A stretch of 60,933 nt of DNA from the IMG/VR virus record IMGVR_UViG_3300032226_000085, positions 1-60,933 of that record, one strand, 5' to 3'. Below are positions 17,273-27,800 of the stretch, in pieces; the stretch's first letter is position 1; each line of letters begins with the position of its first letter. The notes beneath the pieces are model-generated. The model saw nothing but the letters and a program-made list of their open reading frames with translations, had not been told where the DNA came from and ran no database searches. Both the position numbers and the translations under genes were made by a program. Source of the stretch: a virus (lineage: Duplodnaviria; Caudoviricetes).

Positions 17273-20200
17273 AGGATAAGAACTCTCGCGCAATCAAGAC
17301 TTGCTGCTCATCAATATCTTTTAGCATTTCGTCTTTTTCTGCGCGGGTAAGGTCGGCGGCAATTATGTTGCGGCGCATGGTGGCCAGCTTACCAAGCTGC
17401 TCTCGAACCCGCCCTGAGAATTGAGCACTAGCAAGTTTGTTTTCATACTTGTTCAGTAAGGCATCGGCCTCTTTATCTTTACCTTCCTCCAACAAGCTGT
17501 TGTAAGTACCTTGCACCTGTTGAATCTCCAGTATGCGTTCGTACGCAGCATCAAGCGTTCCTCTACCTTCAACCGGCTGGAACAACCCGCCGATGAACGG
17601 CATCTTGCTGGTCTTCATAGTGGGCTTCTCAACGGCGCTGGCTTCCGTGTTCAGGATAGGATTAGCCAGTGAGGCAATCGCCACACCCAGACCACCGGTG
17701 TAACCACGAATCAGGTAGTCAATCTTGATTGGAGTCAAACCAAAATTACCGGTGACGCTACCCAACATTTTGGCAATCTCAGTGGTCGTATCTCTCGAAC
17801 GCTCGCCCGGCATCATGGTGGTCAACTCACGCTTGGACTCAATGTCACCACCAAAGAACGAGCGGCCAAGGATAACTTCGGTTGCAGGCTTGATTGCCGC
17901 TGGCAATGCAAATGGGTTGGACATGCCAAGCAGCTTGCCCATACCCTTGGTGATATCGCTTGCACGTTCGTCCTGCGCGGCAGTGTTGAACACCGCTTCT
18001 GGCAACGCCTTGAACAGATAGCCCAATTCAAACGGGATAGGTATCCGCATTGGCTCATCAGAGAACGGCGTGTACACAAACCAGTTACCCAGACGCTCTT
18101 CAGGCTTGGCGCGTTTGTATGCCTCGTCGTCCTCCATCGCCGCAGCGTAGGCCAGTGTGCCCGCAGCCAACAGCAAACCACGGGTATAGAGCTTCTGACG
18201 AATCTTCAGTTGTTCGCTGTACGGCATCTTGCCTGTGAACGCCCGGTACAACACATCCAGACCTTGGATCTGCGCGTTGAAGAACGGGATGACTGTGGAC
18301 ATCATCTGCATCGAAGGCGACAAACCGCGACGACTAAAGTTCATCGACTCCAGTGTACGCATAAACGCCTGCATCTCAGACATACCCTTGGCCAGCGAGT
18401 CCTTGTAGATCACAGCACGGGTTGCAGCATCGCCTTGCATGGCCAGCGCATCGGCCTTCATCATCAGCTTAGTCCAGCCCGAACGACCAAGACTCATATC
18501 ACGCATAGCTTTGGCCATGTCCTGCTCGTCGCCTGTCATGACGTTGCTGGAGATAGCGCCACCCTGCATCAACTCAATTTCTTCTTTGCTGCGTCCGGCC
18601 ACCATCTTGCTTAGTTCAACAAACGAATTAAGAACCGGGACGCCGTCTGTACCCGTAGTAAACCAAGCGGTCAGTGGATCACGGATAGCCTGACGCACCG
18701 CGTAGGCTGGGTTGCGAGTAATAAACTTTCTCAAAACGTTTGCGGGCATACCCATGACTTTGATCGCCATTGGGATGGTTGTCTTAATACCTTCCATACC
18801 CTTAACGATCAACTCTGCCGGGATGCCGTACATGTCTGAGTCGATGACGGCAAAGTTATCTTCACCCTTAACCTTGTAGCGAACCGTATTCGGACCTTGC
18901 GGTCCAGCGCCTTTGCCAATCTTACTTGCAATACCCAGACGGCCAAGCAACATCACGTTGTCTTTCATCATCTGGTTACGCAACCCCATGCGTGTCAGAA
19001 CAAACGCGTTCTGCGCCGAGCTTGTAAAGATCGGAAGAATCTGTGAGTTGTCGCCAACAAGCTCGTGCAACATCGGCTCGTCTTTCATGTTGGCAATACG
19101 GATGGGGCGCTCTTTGTCCACCATCAACTGCAACTCACCACCCTGCACACGATAGAACGGTACGTAGTCCGTTGCCTTCAACTCTGCTGCTTTCTGTTGA
19201 GACAGATAGCCTGTCTGCGCAGCAAAATCAACCAAGCCGTTGTTGTACTCTTTGTAAATCTTAGCCGCGTCTTCAAACGCAGCGCGGGCTTTGTCGTTGC
19301 CCTTCAACTCTTCCATCAGCCTGTTGTAGTCCTGCTCAACAGAGGCGGGGTTATCAAAGTTCAGTTTGTTCCAGCCCACCTGTTTGGCGCGTTTACCTGC
19401 CGTGTAGATGGTAAACATATGTTCCAACTCGGTGCTGTTCTTAATGCCTGACTTCTCCAACGCCTGAGCCACCTTCACCATGCTGGCACCGGGTGCGCTC
19501 TTATAAACAAACTCCATACCACGCTTGGTTACTTGCTTAACCAGTGCCAGTGGGCCGTTAGTCAGCGCCTGTGTAGCAAAAGCATTAGCCTGCTGGCCGA
19601 AGCGCAGGTAGTAACCAGCCTGCTCGGCTTCCAAGTCGGACACAACGCCAGCGTCCAGACCTTTTTTAATAGCCGCATCAAGCGCCGCGTATTGGTCAAC
19701 AAACTGCACACGGCCAGACAGACCAAGGAAGTTGCTACGAAGATTATCGACGACACCTTTCTGGCTACCAACAAAAGAACCGCCGTAGCGACTCCCATCA
19801 CGTTTACTACGGAAAGCCATCACACCGCCTGCTGCCCGATAAGGACCGACAGTACGATCATTAAATGCTTTGTTGGCCAGCTTGATTGCATAGTACACAT
19901 CAGACGTAGACAGTCTGGCCGCATTCTCAAAACCCATCTGGCGCAACGAAGCGCGCATCATGCCAACAAACTCTTTTAACCAACGGCTGGCTTTTTGACG
20001 AAAGTTTTCCGTAATACGCTTTTCTGCTGTATACGCAATGATCTCGCGCAGGGCTTGCAACTTCTGCACTTCAGGAGAAAACTCCTGCTTCTTAGCAAAT
20101 GCTGCCGCAGCAACAGCCTCACGTACCAACGGCTCACCACCCAGTGTTTCGGCCAGCTTAATTACATCGGTTTTGTTTGCGTACTGCTGCAACCTATCCA

Positions 20201-23200
20201 TGCCGATCACGGTATCAACGCCGTAGTGGCCAATCATTTCGTGGAACAGCGTTGCTTCTAAATCAGCAACGCTACTGTGCTGGTCGCCCACCACAACGAT
20301 AGTGCCGTCAGACAACACCACACCCTTAAACGAAGTGCCTTCTTCGTAACCGCCCGCAACTAAGCGTTCCAGAATATCCGGCTTTATGCCTGCCAGCGTT
20401 GGGGAGTACACAAGGTTAACGCCCTTGGGAAGATTAGATAGCGTGGTGGCAATCAGCGCCCGTGCTTTAGCAGCATCAACAACTGTGTCAGAGGCTTCAC
20501 CTGTACGGAAAACCATGCCCGAATCACCGGGGCGAATACCTTCTTCTTTTCTAGCGGCCAACTCTATACGTGAGCTTGCTGTAGAAGGCGTTGCCGGAAC
20601 TGTCTTTGTGACCTTGCGCGTAACTTCAGGTGCAGCTTGGCGTGTGATGTCCCCGGCAGTAGTAGCCTTGCCGCGCACAAAGTCCATAGTGGCATCGGGA
20701 TTGTCTGGCACGATAAACAGCTTTGCGCCATCCATCTGCGTTTCGTAGTTATCCAGCAGGTACTTGTACGTTTCCTTGTCTACGTTGATGCAACCAAACG
20801 AATAGCGGGAGTCCTCGGCGCTATCTTTGGCCAGTGCTTTCTGACGCGCTTGCGCATCTGACATCTTGGTGTACACGGAGTGGAACAACGTGATGGAGTA
20901 CTTGCCCTCAATCGCTTTATCCAACACAAAGACCTTACCAAAGTCGTAGTCGCCAGCAGTAACCGCTTCGCCTTTGCTGCGCGTAGCATCGCGCAAGCCC
21001 ATGTTAAACAAACCGGCAGGAGTAAATCGGTTTGCCTTTACGTCTGTGTTGCCCTTGTAGTAGTCGCCAGTTTGCAAACCGAGCAGTACCTTCTTGTCAA
21101 GGATAGGCTGGCCGTTAGAATCAAACACAAACACGCGAGCATTTGGTTTGTCGGTCAAAATAAACAGTTTGTTGTTTTTCTTCAAGTCCGCTTGTATTGC
21201 GGGCATGATGTTGGCGTACGCTTGTTGTGCACCGGAGGACATCTTTGATTGCACAGATTCAGGCACCTTGGCCAACACCTGCTCAACCGTAGTCACGTTC
21301 TGAGGAATCGCTACCTGATAACCGGGGCCAATATAGTTTGGGTTAAGGATGATCGCAGCGCCAACTATTGCCGCTTGCAGTTTACGAATGATGTTACGAA
21401 TCGAAGCGGATACAGACTGCGCACCCTTGACGGCAAACTTGACAATGTCTTCACGAACCTTGGCAAGGAACCCCGCGCTATTAACTGGCTCCCCGTAATG
21501 CTCCGCAAGTGTCTCTCTTTCTTGTGTAGAGAGCCGAGTAGAAAGTATGTCTACTATCAACGTCTTTGTTTTTGTATCTTGTGCCGAGGGTTCCCCTCCG
21601 CGAAACGCAAGACCTGCGTCATCTTTAAAATCGTTCTTAATTTGCTTGAGTGTTTCCGCAGTGTCGTACTCAGCTAGTGTTTGTATGTCTGATTTCTTTT
21701 TCTCACGAGCAGAGACTTCGGATAGATCTGCCTTGAACCTTGCTTGCCGCGCAGCAGACGCAGCTTGGCTCTCAGCAGAGCCGGTCGTCATGGTACTTAG
21801 TTTTGGCAAACGGCGGGTAGCTTGCGTAGTACGCTTAGACTTAATCTCTTGCTTGCCAGCGCCTAGAGCCTCACGCATGACATCCATTTGCTCACGCAAC
21901 AACGCTTTGTATTCAGGCGTCTTCTTACCCAGCGAAAGCGCCGTGTCGTTCAGATTGGTTTCGGCTTCTTTAATGAAAGCCCTAAGTTGCGAAGAGTTAT
22001 CGCCGTGTTTTTTGCGAATATCCTCAAGCTTCTTTTGTGCTTTCTTTGCCAGTGCCTGATACGCATCTTCTTCGTAGCCAAGTTCCAGCGCTGCCTTACG
22101 CATACTTTCTGATGCTTCGGCTTCTTTACGTACGTCGCCTTCGTTAATACGCTGGGCAGTTTTAGCTTCACGAGAAGTCAGTTTGCTTGCAATAAAAGCA
22201 CGAACTTCTTTGCTGCCGTCGCCATGTTCATCGATCAGTTCTTTAAGACGTTCCTGCGCTTTTGCACTTAACTTGGCGACGGTCTCAGGTGCCGTGCGTT
22301 TGCTGGCAAGGAAGCTCTTAACTTCTTTACTGTCTTCACCAAACTTTTTAATCAGTTTAGTGGCTTGCGTTTGGTCTTTTGCATTTAATCCCGCCAGTAT
22401 GTTTGGCCGTTCAGGCGCAAAGCTGCCTGTAGTGTCGTACAGCTTATCCATCTCCGCACGAATTTCACGCTTCACCGCTTCCATGCGGTCCATGATCTTA
22501 GAGTACTCGGCTTCTTCTTTGGCTATGGCGGCTGTCGTACGTGCTTCATACTTACCACTTGCCAGCTTCTCTTTAAGCTCGGAGATACGAACGCGTGAGT
22601 CATGCGCCATCTGAAGCAACGATCTCTTTGCGTTACCGATAGGCTTAGTTATTTTCTGCCGCAAATCGGCAATTTTTTCTGCAACCGTATCGTACACATA
22701 CAGTTCTTTACGAACTTTGTTGACCGTAGCTTCGTACACATCGTATGTACGCTCACGACGAAGAACGCCTTTTATGTCCCCTTTAAGCAGTTCGTATACC
22801 TGCTCTCTTGGGGACAGCTTTGATTTGCTGGCTTCGGCAGCAGCTTTGTCTGCGGCTTCTCTTGCACGACGCAAGTTCTCCAGCGTCTTGGTGTCGTTGT
22901 TCCAGATAGCCGCGTTTAGTATGCTGGACTGCTCTTCAATATCCCGCGTTGCCAGCCGCCGTGCTTTACTGTCTGGGTCTTGCAGATTGGCTAGTTCATT
23001 CTGCAACTGCTCAATCTCTTGGCCTTTTTCAAGTAGCGCACGTGTGTATTTCTGGTAGTTATACGCATCAATAATCAGCTTACCTTCTTTATCACGCAGC
23101 GTAGTCTGCGCAATTTCCGAAAGCTCTTTGTTACGCTGCGCTAATACTTTTTCGCGCTGCTCTATTGCTGCCGATGTTTTCTTATCTGCGGCGGGGGCTT

Positions 23201-25004
23201 CAGCTTCTTTAACAACTTCTGTCGCCTGCGGCGCTGCCTCTTCCGGGAACATCGGAATGGTGTCGCCCACAGGCACGGCATTAATACGCAGGGCTTGGCG
23301 TTGCTGTTCGGCAGTTGCTTGCTGCTCGGCTTGTTGTGCTTTCAGTTCGTCCAGTTTGGTGGCCAAGCTCGGCATAGCAGCAAAGTCGCCAGTCTCAGCA
23401 GCGTCGGATAGTTTCTTCTGCGCGGCCTTAATCTGTTTATCAAGAGCTTTCTGTGCTTTTGCTACGTCAGTCTCGAATACTTCTGGGGCTTTGGTTACAC
23501 CGCCCAACTGTTCAATCTGTGCGCCAAGTTCCTGAAGCTGTGTTTGCTGTTGCTGGTACGCAGGTACAAGTTCGTTGATCGCGGCAGTGTCGCCCTTGGC
23601 GGCGGCTTCCTGCATTTGCGTCTCAAACGGGGTTAAAGCGGTTTGCAATTTCCGATACTGGTCCATCATTTGTTGTACGTTACTTTGTACAACTGGCGCA
23701 GCAGCTTCTACTGCTGCCTCGGCTGGAGCAGCGGGGCGTTCTGGTAGTTGCGATGTGCGCAGGGCACGAGCCTCAAGTTTTACTCCGTCATACTCTTTTT
23801 TAAGCGGTTTGAATTCTTCAATCTGCTCTTTGTATTGGCGTTGCAGCCCAGCATAAATATCCTGCTGGCCTTCGGTTGCGTCCTTGCCGGGCTTAGACGC
23901 CTTTAGTTGCTGCTGTGTTTCAGTCAGCGCGGCCTTTGCGGCATCGTGACGGTCTGCAATACCCAGTATGTATTCAGGCTTGGCTTTCTCCGCCGCTTCT
24001 GCTTCACGCAGTTCTTTAGCTTTCTTTGCGGCTTCAAGCGCATCGCCGCGAGTGACTTCGTCTTTTGCCAAACCAACTTCTGCCCTGCGGCCCACGCCAC
24101 CAAACGGACCGCCAAAGAGCGCAGCGCCGTAGGCGGCTTCGCTGTATTCCTTCAGCGCGTTATTATCCATCAGGGGCATGTTGGCTTGCCAACGCTCCAG
24201 CATCTGCTGCCCAACTTCAGTAGGGATTTCAGCCAGCAAACCTTTGGCGGTGCCTTTGGCAATTGATGTTGCCAGACGTTCTTCAGCCAGCTTGCGGGCT
24301 GCGGGGGACACCAGTGCCTGCGCACCTTCTTTTTCTGCAATGCCCAGTATGCGGCTCATCAGCTTGCCGCCTAGCGGCACCACCATAGCGGTGTACTCCA
24401 GACCGGCTTGGCCTGCGGCAGACAGTACAGTCTTACCCGGATCTTGTGGAAGTCCTTCAGCAGCACGTCGTTCAGCGCCCGTACCATAGGCTTGGAAAGC
24501 CAGAGGCAAAATAGCGCCAGCAATACCACCAGCCAACGCACCGCCGGGACCCAGAGGTGCACCAGCAATAGCGCCCAAACGACCGCCAGCAAAAGCAGTT
24601 CCCAGTTGTGGAAGCTGCTCTGCAATAAAGCTTGGCGCTTGACTTAATACTTCTCCCGCAGCGGGAAAGAAGCCTTCTTTTGCGTACTTCTCTTTGACCT
24701 TATCGAGGCTTAGTACAGACGGGGTCTTTGCTTCTAATTCACGAGCGCGAGTCAGGCCAGCCTGCGCAGCTTCTTCAACACCAAACGGAGTTTCAACCGC
24801 CGTACGTATAGAAGACCCAAGCTTCTTGGCTCCAGCAATACCGCTTTCGATAATGCCGGGAGTGCGTTCTGGCTGGGCAGAGGGTTGTTGTTGTTGTTGC
24901 ATTCGCGCTTGGATAGCGCCGATGATCTGCTCTCGCGTGGCATTTGGCGGCCCATCGATAGCGTATGTTTTACCGTCCGGCCCTTGAATGCTGTACGTTG
25001 GCAT
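17247..25004 (-). CDS. Giant polyvalent internal virion/ejection protein (2585 aa) with L,D-transpeptidase-like, HExxxH metallopeptidase-like and LPD38-like domains
   Basis: Position after the other internal proteins; TPAG...FHSVY...SFGCINV; HEMIGHYG; C-terminal IPFFNAQIQG, IPIPFELG, PIKIDYLIRGYTGGLG. Confidence 0.8.
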   Translation of the reverse strand: MPTYSIQGPDGKTYAIDGPPNATREQIIGAIQARMQQQQQPSAQPERTPGIIESGIAGAKKLGSSIRTAVETPFGVEEAAQAGLTRARELEAKTPSVLSLDKVKEKYAKEGFFPAAGEVLSQAPSFIAEQLPQLGTAFAGGRLGAIAGAPLGPGGALAGGIAGAILPLAFQAYGTGAERRAAEGLPQDPGKTVLSAAGQAGLEYTAMVVPLGGKLMSRILGIAEKEGAQALVSPAARKLAEERLATSIAKGTAKGLLAEIPTEVGQQMLERWQANMPLMDNNALKEYSEAAYGAALFGGPFGGVGRRAEVGLAKDEVTRGDALEAAKKAKELREAEAAEKAKPEYILGIADRHDAAKAALTETQQQLKASKPGKDATEGQQDIYAGLQRQYKEQIEEFKPLKKEYDGVKLEARALRTSQLPERPAAPAEAAVEAAAPVVQSNVQQMMDQYRKLQTALTPFETQMQEAAAKGDTAAINELVPAYQQQQTQLQELGAQIEQLGGVTKAPEVFETDVAKAQKALDKQIKAAQKKLSDAAETGDFAAMPSLATKLDELKAQQAEQQATAEQQRQALRINAVPVGDTIPMFPEEAAPQATEVVKEAEAPAADKKTSAAIEQREKVLAQRNKELSEIAQTTLRDKEGKLIIDAYNYQKYTRALLEKGQEIEQLQNELANLQDPDSKARRLATRDIEEQSSILNAAIWNNDTKTLENLRRAREAADKAAAEASKSKLSPREQVYELLKGDIKGVLRRERTYDVYEATVNKVRKELYVYDTVAEKIADLRQKITKPIGNAKRSLLQMAHDSRVRISELKEKLASGKYEARTTAAIAKEEAEYSKIMDRMEAVKREIRAEMDKLYDTTGSFAPERPNILAGLNAKDQTQATKLIKKFGEDSKEVKSFLASKRTAPETVAKLSAKAQERLKELIDEHGDGSKEVRAFIASKLTSREAKTAQRINEGDVRKEAEASESMRKAALELGYEEDAYQALAKKAQKKLEDIRKKHGDNSSQLRAFIKEAETNLNDTALSLGKKTPEYKALLREQMDVMREALGAGKQEIKSKRTTQATRRLPKLSTMTTGSAESQAASAARQARFKADLSEVSAREKKKSDIQTLAEYDTAETLKQIKNDFKDDAGLAFRGGEPSAQDTKTKTLIVDILSTRLSTQERETLAEHYGEPVNSAGFLAKVREDIVKFAVKGAQSVSASIRNIIRKLQAAIVGAAIILNPNYIGPGYQVAIPQNVTTVEQVLAKVPESVQSKMSSGAQQAYANIMPAIQADLKKNNKLFILTDKPNARVFVFDSNGQPILDKKVLLGLQTGDYYKGNTDVKANRFTPAGLFNMGLRDATRSKGEAVTAGDYDFGKVFVLDKAIEGKYSITLFHSVYTKMSDAQARQKALAKDSAEDSRYSFGCINVDKETYKYLLDNYETQMDGAKLFIVPDNPDATMDFVRGKATTAGDITRQAAPEVTRKVTKTVPATPSTASSRIELAARKEEGIRPGDSGMVFRTGEASDTVVDAAKARALIATTLSNLPKGVNLVYSPTLAGIKPDILERLVAGGYEEGTSFKGVVLSDGTIVVVGDQHSSVADLEATLFHEMIGHYGVDTVIGMDRLQQYANKTDVIKLAETLGGEPLVREAVAAAAFAKKQEFSPEVQKLQALREIIAYTAEKRITENFRQKASRWLKEFVGMMRASLRQMGFENAARLSTSDVYYAIKLANKAFNDRTVGPYRAAGGVMAFRSKRDGSRYGGSFVGSQKGVVDNLRSNFLGLSGRVQFVDQYAALDAAIKKGLDAGVVSDLEAEQAGYYLRFGQQANAFATQALTNGPLALVKQVTKRGMEFVYKSAPGASMVKVAQALEKSGIKNSTELEHMFTIYTAGKRAKQVGWNKLNFDNPASVEQDYNRLMEELKGNDKARAAFEDAAKIYKEYNNGLVDFAAQTGYLSQQKAAELKATDYVPFYRVQGGELQLMVDKERPIRIANMKDEPMLHELVGDNSQILPIFTSSAQNAFVLTRMGLRNQMMKDNVMLLGRLGIASKIGKGAGPQGPNTVRYKVKGEDNFAVIDSDMYGIPAELIVKGMEGIKTTIPMAIKVMGMPANVLRKFITRNPAYAVRQAIRDPLTAWFTTGTDGVPVLNSFVELSKMVAGRSKEEIELMQGGAISSNVMTGDEQDMAKAMRDMSLGRSGWTKLMMKADALAMQGDAATRAVIYKDSLAKGMSEMQAFMRTLESMNFSRRGLSPSMQMMSTVIPFFNAQIQGLDVLYRAFTGKMPYSEQLKIRQKLYTRGLLLAAGTLAYAAAMEDDEAYKRAKPEERLGNWFVYTPFSDEPMRIPIPFELGYLFKALPEAVFNTAAQDERASDITKGMGKLLGMSNPFALPAAIKPATEVILGRSFFGGDIESKRELTTMMPGERSRDTTTEIAKMLGSVTGNFGLTPIKIDYLIRGYTGGLGVAIASLANPILNTEASAVEKPTMKTSKMPFIGGLFQPVEGRGTLDAAYERILEIQQVQGTYNSLLEEGKDKEADALLNKYENKLASAQFSGRVREQLGKLATMRRNIIAADLTRAEKDEMLKDIDEQQVLIAREFLSFTGETRPQ

Positions 25005-25012
25005 AGCTAGTC

Positions 25013-26719
25013 CTATTGTTTACCCGGCCCTACTTGCAGATTACCCCAACCAGCGTATGGGTCTTTACCCCCTTGCGACGCCCGTTGAATTGCCGCCATG
25101 TAAGACTCAAAAGTTGGGTACTGTTTTTTGGCTAGTGGGTTAGCCCCAAGCAGATCATTATATTCTTTCAACATCAAAGCGGGCGTAATTGCGCCGCGAT
25201 CTGCCGCACGAGCAGAGGCGTAGGTCCCCGCCACAAGGCGGTCGTTTATGTTTTTCTCTCTGGCCCGCTTAGTTTCTTCTACTTGCTGCATCAAAGCGCG
25301 TTGATCTGCGGATGCCAATGTGTCTTGGTTAGTTTTAATATCGGTTGCCGTTTTAAGGTCAACCTTGTACAAGTCCTGAATAGCAGCAATCTTTGCCTGC
25401 TCAACACCTAAGCCCGCTTCAAATGCTTTCTGTTTGAATGCTTGGGCTTCTTTGAAATCACCACGGACTTCAGCACGGCGGGCTTCTTCAATCATAGCAC
25501 TCTGTTTGCGGCGTTCCAGCGCAGCCGCTTCCAGTTTCTCCAAACCTTCTTGATACTGCTTGGTACCCACCTGCGCACCTTCTGCGATATTTTGAAGTGC
25601 ATACTGGGACCTGCCTCCGGCAATAGCCAGACCGGCGTTGATCAGTGCCATGTTGAAATTACGTGCTTCCTTGCCCTTGGCCTTCTCTTCTTCCTTACCC
25701 AGCAGTGCTTCCAAACCAGCGTATGCCTTGTCTTTTGGTTTGCCTTCTTCTCTGGCTTTCTCCAGATCAGCGTAGCCCCTTTTAATCTTGGCGTTTAAAT
25801 CGTCGTACGCCTTGGTGCCCGGACTCATTTTTTGAAGTCGTGCAAGCTCCGTAGTCAAGTCACCCGGTTTAGATGGCACAAAGTCTGGTGCTGTTGCGAC
25901 GGGACCTGCTTTTCCGTCTTTGGTAATCCCCGCGCCGGGGCGTTTGGCGGCGGCATTTTTCCCGGCATCTGTTTTTGTATTGAAAGGGTTAGCCGTATCC
26001 CGGCCTGTATAAACATTGCCTTCGTCTATTGGGGCTGGGTAATTAGCGTTCTCACCTTTCTTTTTACCTTCAACCGCATAGCCCGGTTTTCTTTCCACGG
26101 GAGGCGGCGCAACAAATTGTTCTAGTGCAGGGGCTGGTGCTTTATTACGTAGCTGCGCTAAACGCTGTTCTGCAAATTGACGCTGTGGTCCGGGAGGCGT
26201 AGTGGTTATTATGTTTTCCATTTTTGCAATTTCAGCAACTACATCCTGCGCAGATTCTTCTGCCATTCTGTTTGCAAAAACGTTGCTCACGCGAGGCGCA
26301 GGAAGTATTTGATCTTGCCTAAAGCCCTGACCTACCAAACTCGGACCTTCCCCAGCAAACGCCACAATCCCACCATCTGCGTACTCATCTGCGTACGAGT
26401 CGCCGTATCCTGCAATACCACCATCAGCCATACCCGCCATGTTTTGGGCGGGCAACATGCCAATGCCTTGCTGCTCGGGTAGTTGTGCCTGCTGTGGCAT
26501 CGGCGCTGGTGCGCCCATCTGCGAAATTGCTTGGTCTGCTACGGTAGGCTGCTGACCAGCTTGCTGCTGTCCCGCCGCACGGATCTGTGAGCGGCGCTTA
26601 CTTTCCGAAGATGCCAGCGCCAATGTGTACGGGTCTGCCTTATGTAACTGGGCGTATTTAAGCAACTGCTGGTCAGACATCCCCGCCAGACGGGAGGTGA
26701 GTTCGTTTACGTTAAACAT
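25013..26719 (-). CDS. Internal virion protein (568 aa)
   Basis: Q/A-rich helical protein with MADGG/YADGG; operon context. Confidence 0.7.
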   Translation of the reverse strand: MFNVNELTSRLAGMSDQQLLKYAQLHKADPYTLALASSESKRRSQIRAAGQQQAGQQPTVADQAISQMGAPAPMPQQAQLPEQQGIGMLPAQNMAGMADGGIAGYGDSYADEYADGGIVAFAGEGPSLVGQGFRQDQILPAPRVSNVFANRMAEESAQDVVAEIAKMENIITTTPPGPQRQFAEQRLAQLRNKAPAPALEQFVAPPPVERKPGYAVEGKKKGENANYPAPIDEGNVYTGRDTANPFNTKTDAGKNAAAKRPGAGITKDGKAGPVATAPDFVPSKPGDLTTELARLQKMSPGTKAYDDLNAKIKRGYADLEKAREEGKPKDKAYAGLEALLGKEEEKAKGKEARNFNMALINAGLAIAGGRSQYALQNIAEGAQVGTKQYQEGLEKLEAAALERRKQSAMIEEARRAEVRGDFKEAQAFKQKAFEAGLGVEQAKIAAIQDLYKVDLKTATDIKTNQDTLASADQRALMQQVEETKRAREKNINDRLVAGTYASARAADRGAITPALMLKEYNDLLGANPLAKKQYPTFESYMAAIQRASQGGKDPYAGWGNLQVGPGKQ

Positions 26720-26721
26720 GA

Positions 26722-27792
26722 TTATGCGTTCTCCATGCCATAGAGCAGCAACTCAGACAGCCCAGCAGGTGCATCCGACTCATTAATTAAACCGCCTTGT
26801 GCTATGCGTGGTTGCGACAAACCATACGCAGCCAGACCCAAACCGCCAAGCTGAGAAATTGTGGATGGCGGTGCTTGATACATCGTCTGTGCTGATTGTG
26901 ACAGGGGTAAGCCGCGCAGCATATCGGACATAAACGACAACTGCTGGTACGGGTGCTGACGCTGATTTGCAAAGTCTTGGTATTGCTGCGCCAGACGTTG
27001 TTGTTCGAGAGCCTGTTGTTGCTGACCTAAACTGGCTTGGCCTTGGATAACACCCTGCTGCTGGTTAAACTGTGTCTGACCCAATTGCCCCAACTGACCA
27101 GCGGCTTGCAGTCCTTGGCCATATCCACGAAGACCTAAGTCAGCGCCGTACTGTTGCGCTTGACGGGCCTGTTCAAAGGCTGTCTGCATACCACGACCGT
27201 AAATATCAGATTGCTGTTGCCCCAGATTACGCTGGCGCTCTGCTTCTACGATAGCCGAACGGGAGCCACCAAAGGCACCCTGCTGTACCGCTTGGGCTTG
27301 ATTTTGCTGGCCTTGAATAGCCGAGTTTCTTGCAGCTTCACGCATCTGGGGAGCCAGTGCGTTTTCAACATACGGCGACATGTATGCCTGCATAGCGAAA
27401 GGGTTCGTAGCTTGTTGTGCGTACTGCTGACCTGCACCCAAGGACCCCAATCCGGCAAGTCCGGCCATCTGTGTGCCGACACCCAACTGTCTTGCGGGAC
27501 TTAAATTAGCTGCTGACTGCTGGGCTTGCTGTTGTAGGGGCGTGAAACCAGCAACTCGCTCACCTTGATATGCTTGATAAGGCGCATTACCCAGCGCCTC
27601 GGTTTTACCCAGCATACGTTCGACATACGGCTTGGCGTATTCTGGGATACTAGTTTGCTCAATGGTCTGCTTTTCAGGCGCGGAAGGGGCGCTGCCGCCG
27701 CCACCATAAATGCGTCCACCGGGTTTTAGCCGCGTAACGCTCTCGCCAAGCGGCTCGCCGAAATATTCAAGTTGTCTGCGTGAGTAAGTCAT
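26722..27792 (-). CDS. Internal virion / DNA-pilot-like protein
   Basis: GGGGS, YMSPY, GAFGGSR, Q/G-rich; hydrophobic GLGLAAYG near the end. Confidence 0.7.
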   Translation of the reverse strand: MTYSRRQLEYFGEPLGESVTRLKPGGRIYGGGGSAPSAPEKQTIEQTSIPEYAKPYVERMLGKTEALGNAPYQAYQGERVAGFTPLQQQAQQSAANLSPARQLGVGTQMAGLAGLGSLGAGQQYAQQATNPFAMQAYMSPYVENALAPQMREAARNSAIQGQQNQAQAVQQGAFGGSRSAIVEAERQRNLGQQQSDIYGRGMQTAFEQARQAQQYGADLGLRGYGQGLQAAGQLGQLGQTQFNQQQGVIQGQASLGQQQQALEQQRLAQQYQDFANQRQHPYQQLSFMSDMLRGLPLSQSAQTMYQAPPSTISQLGGLGLAAYGLSQPRIAQGGLINESDAPAGLSELLLYGMENA

Positions 27793-27800
27793 TGTGGCCT

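Noticed and set aside
17247-25004. N4-like virion RNA polymerase
   Set aside because: Size is suggestive, but I could not identify polymerase catalytic motifs; the visible domains fit a polyvalent protein.
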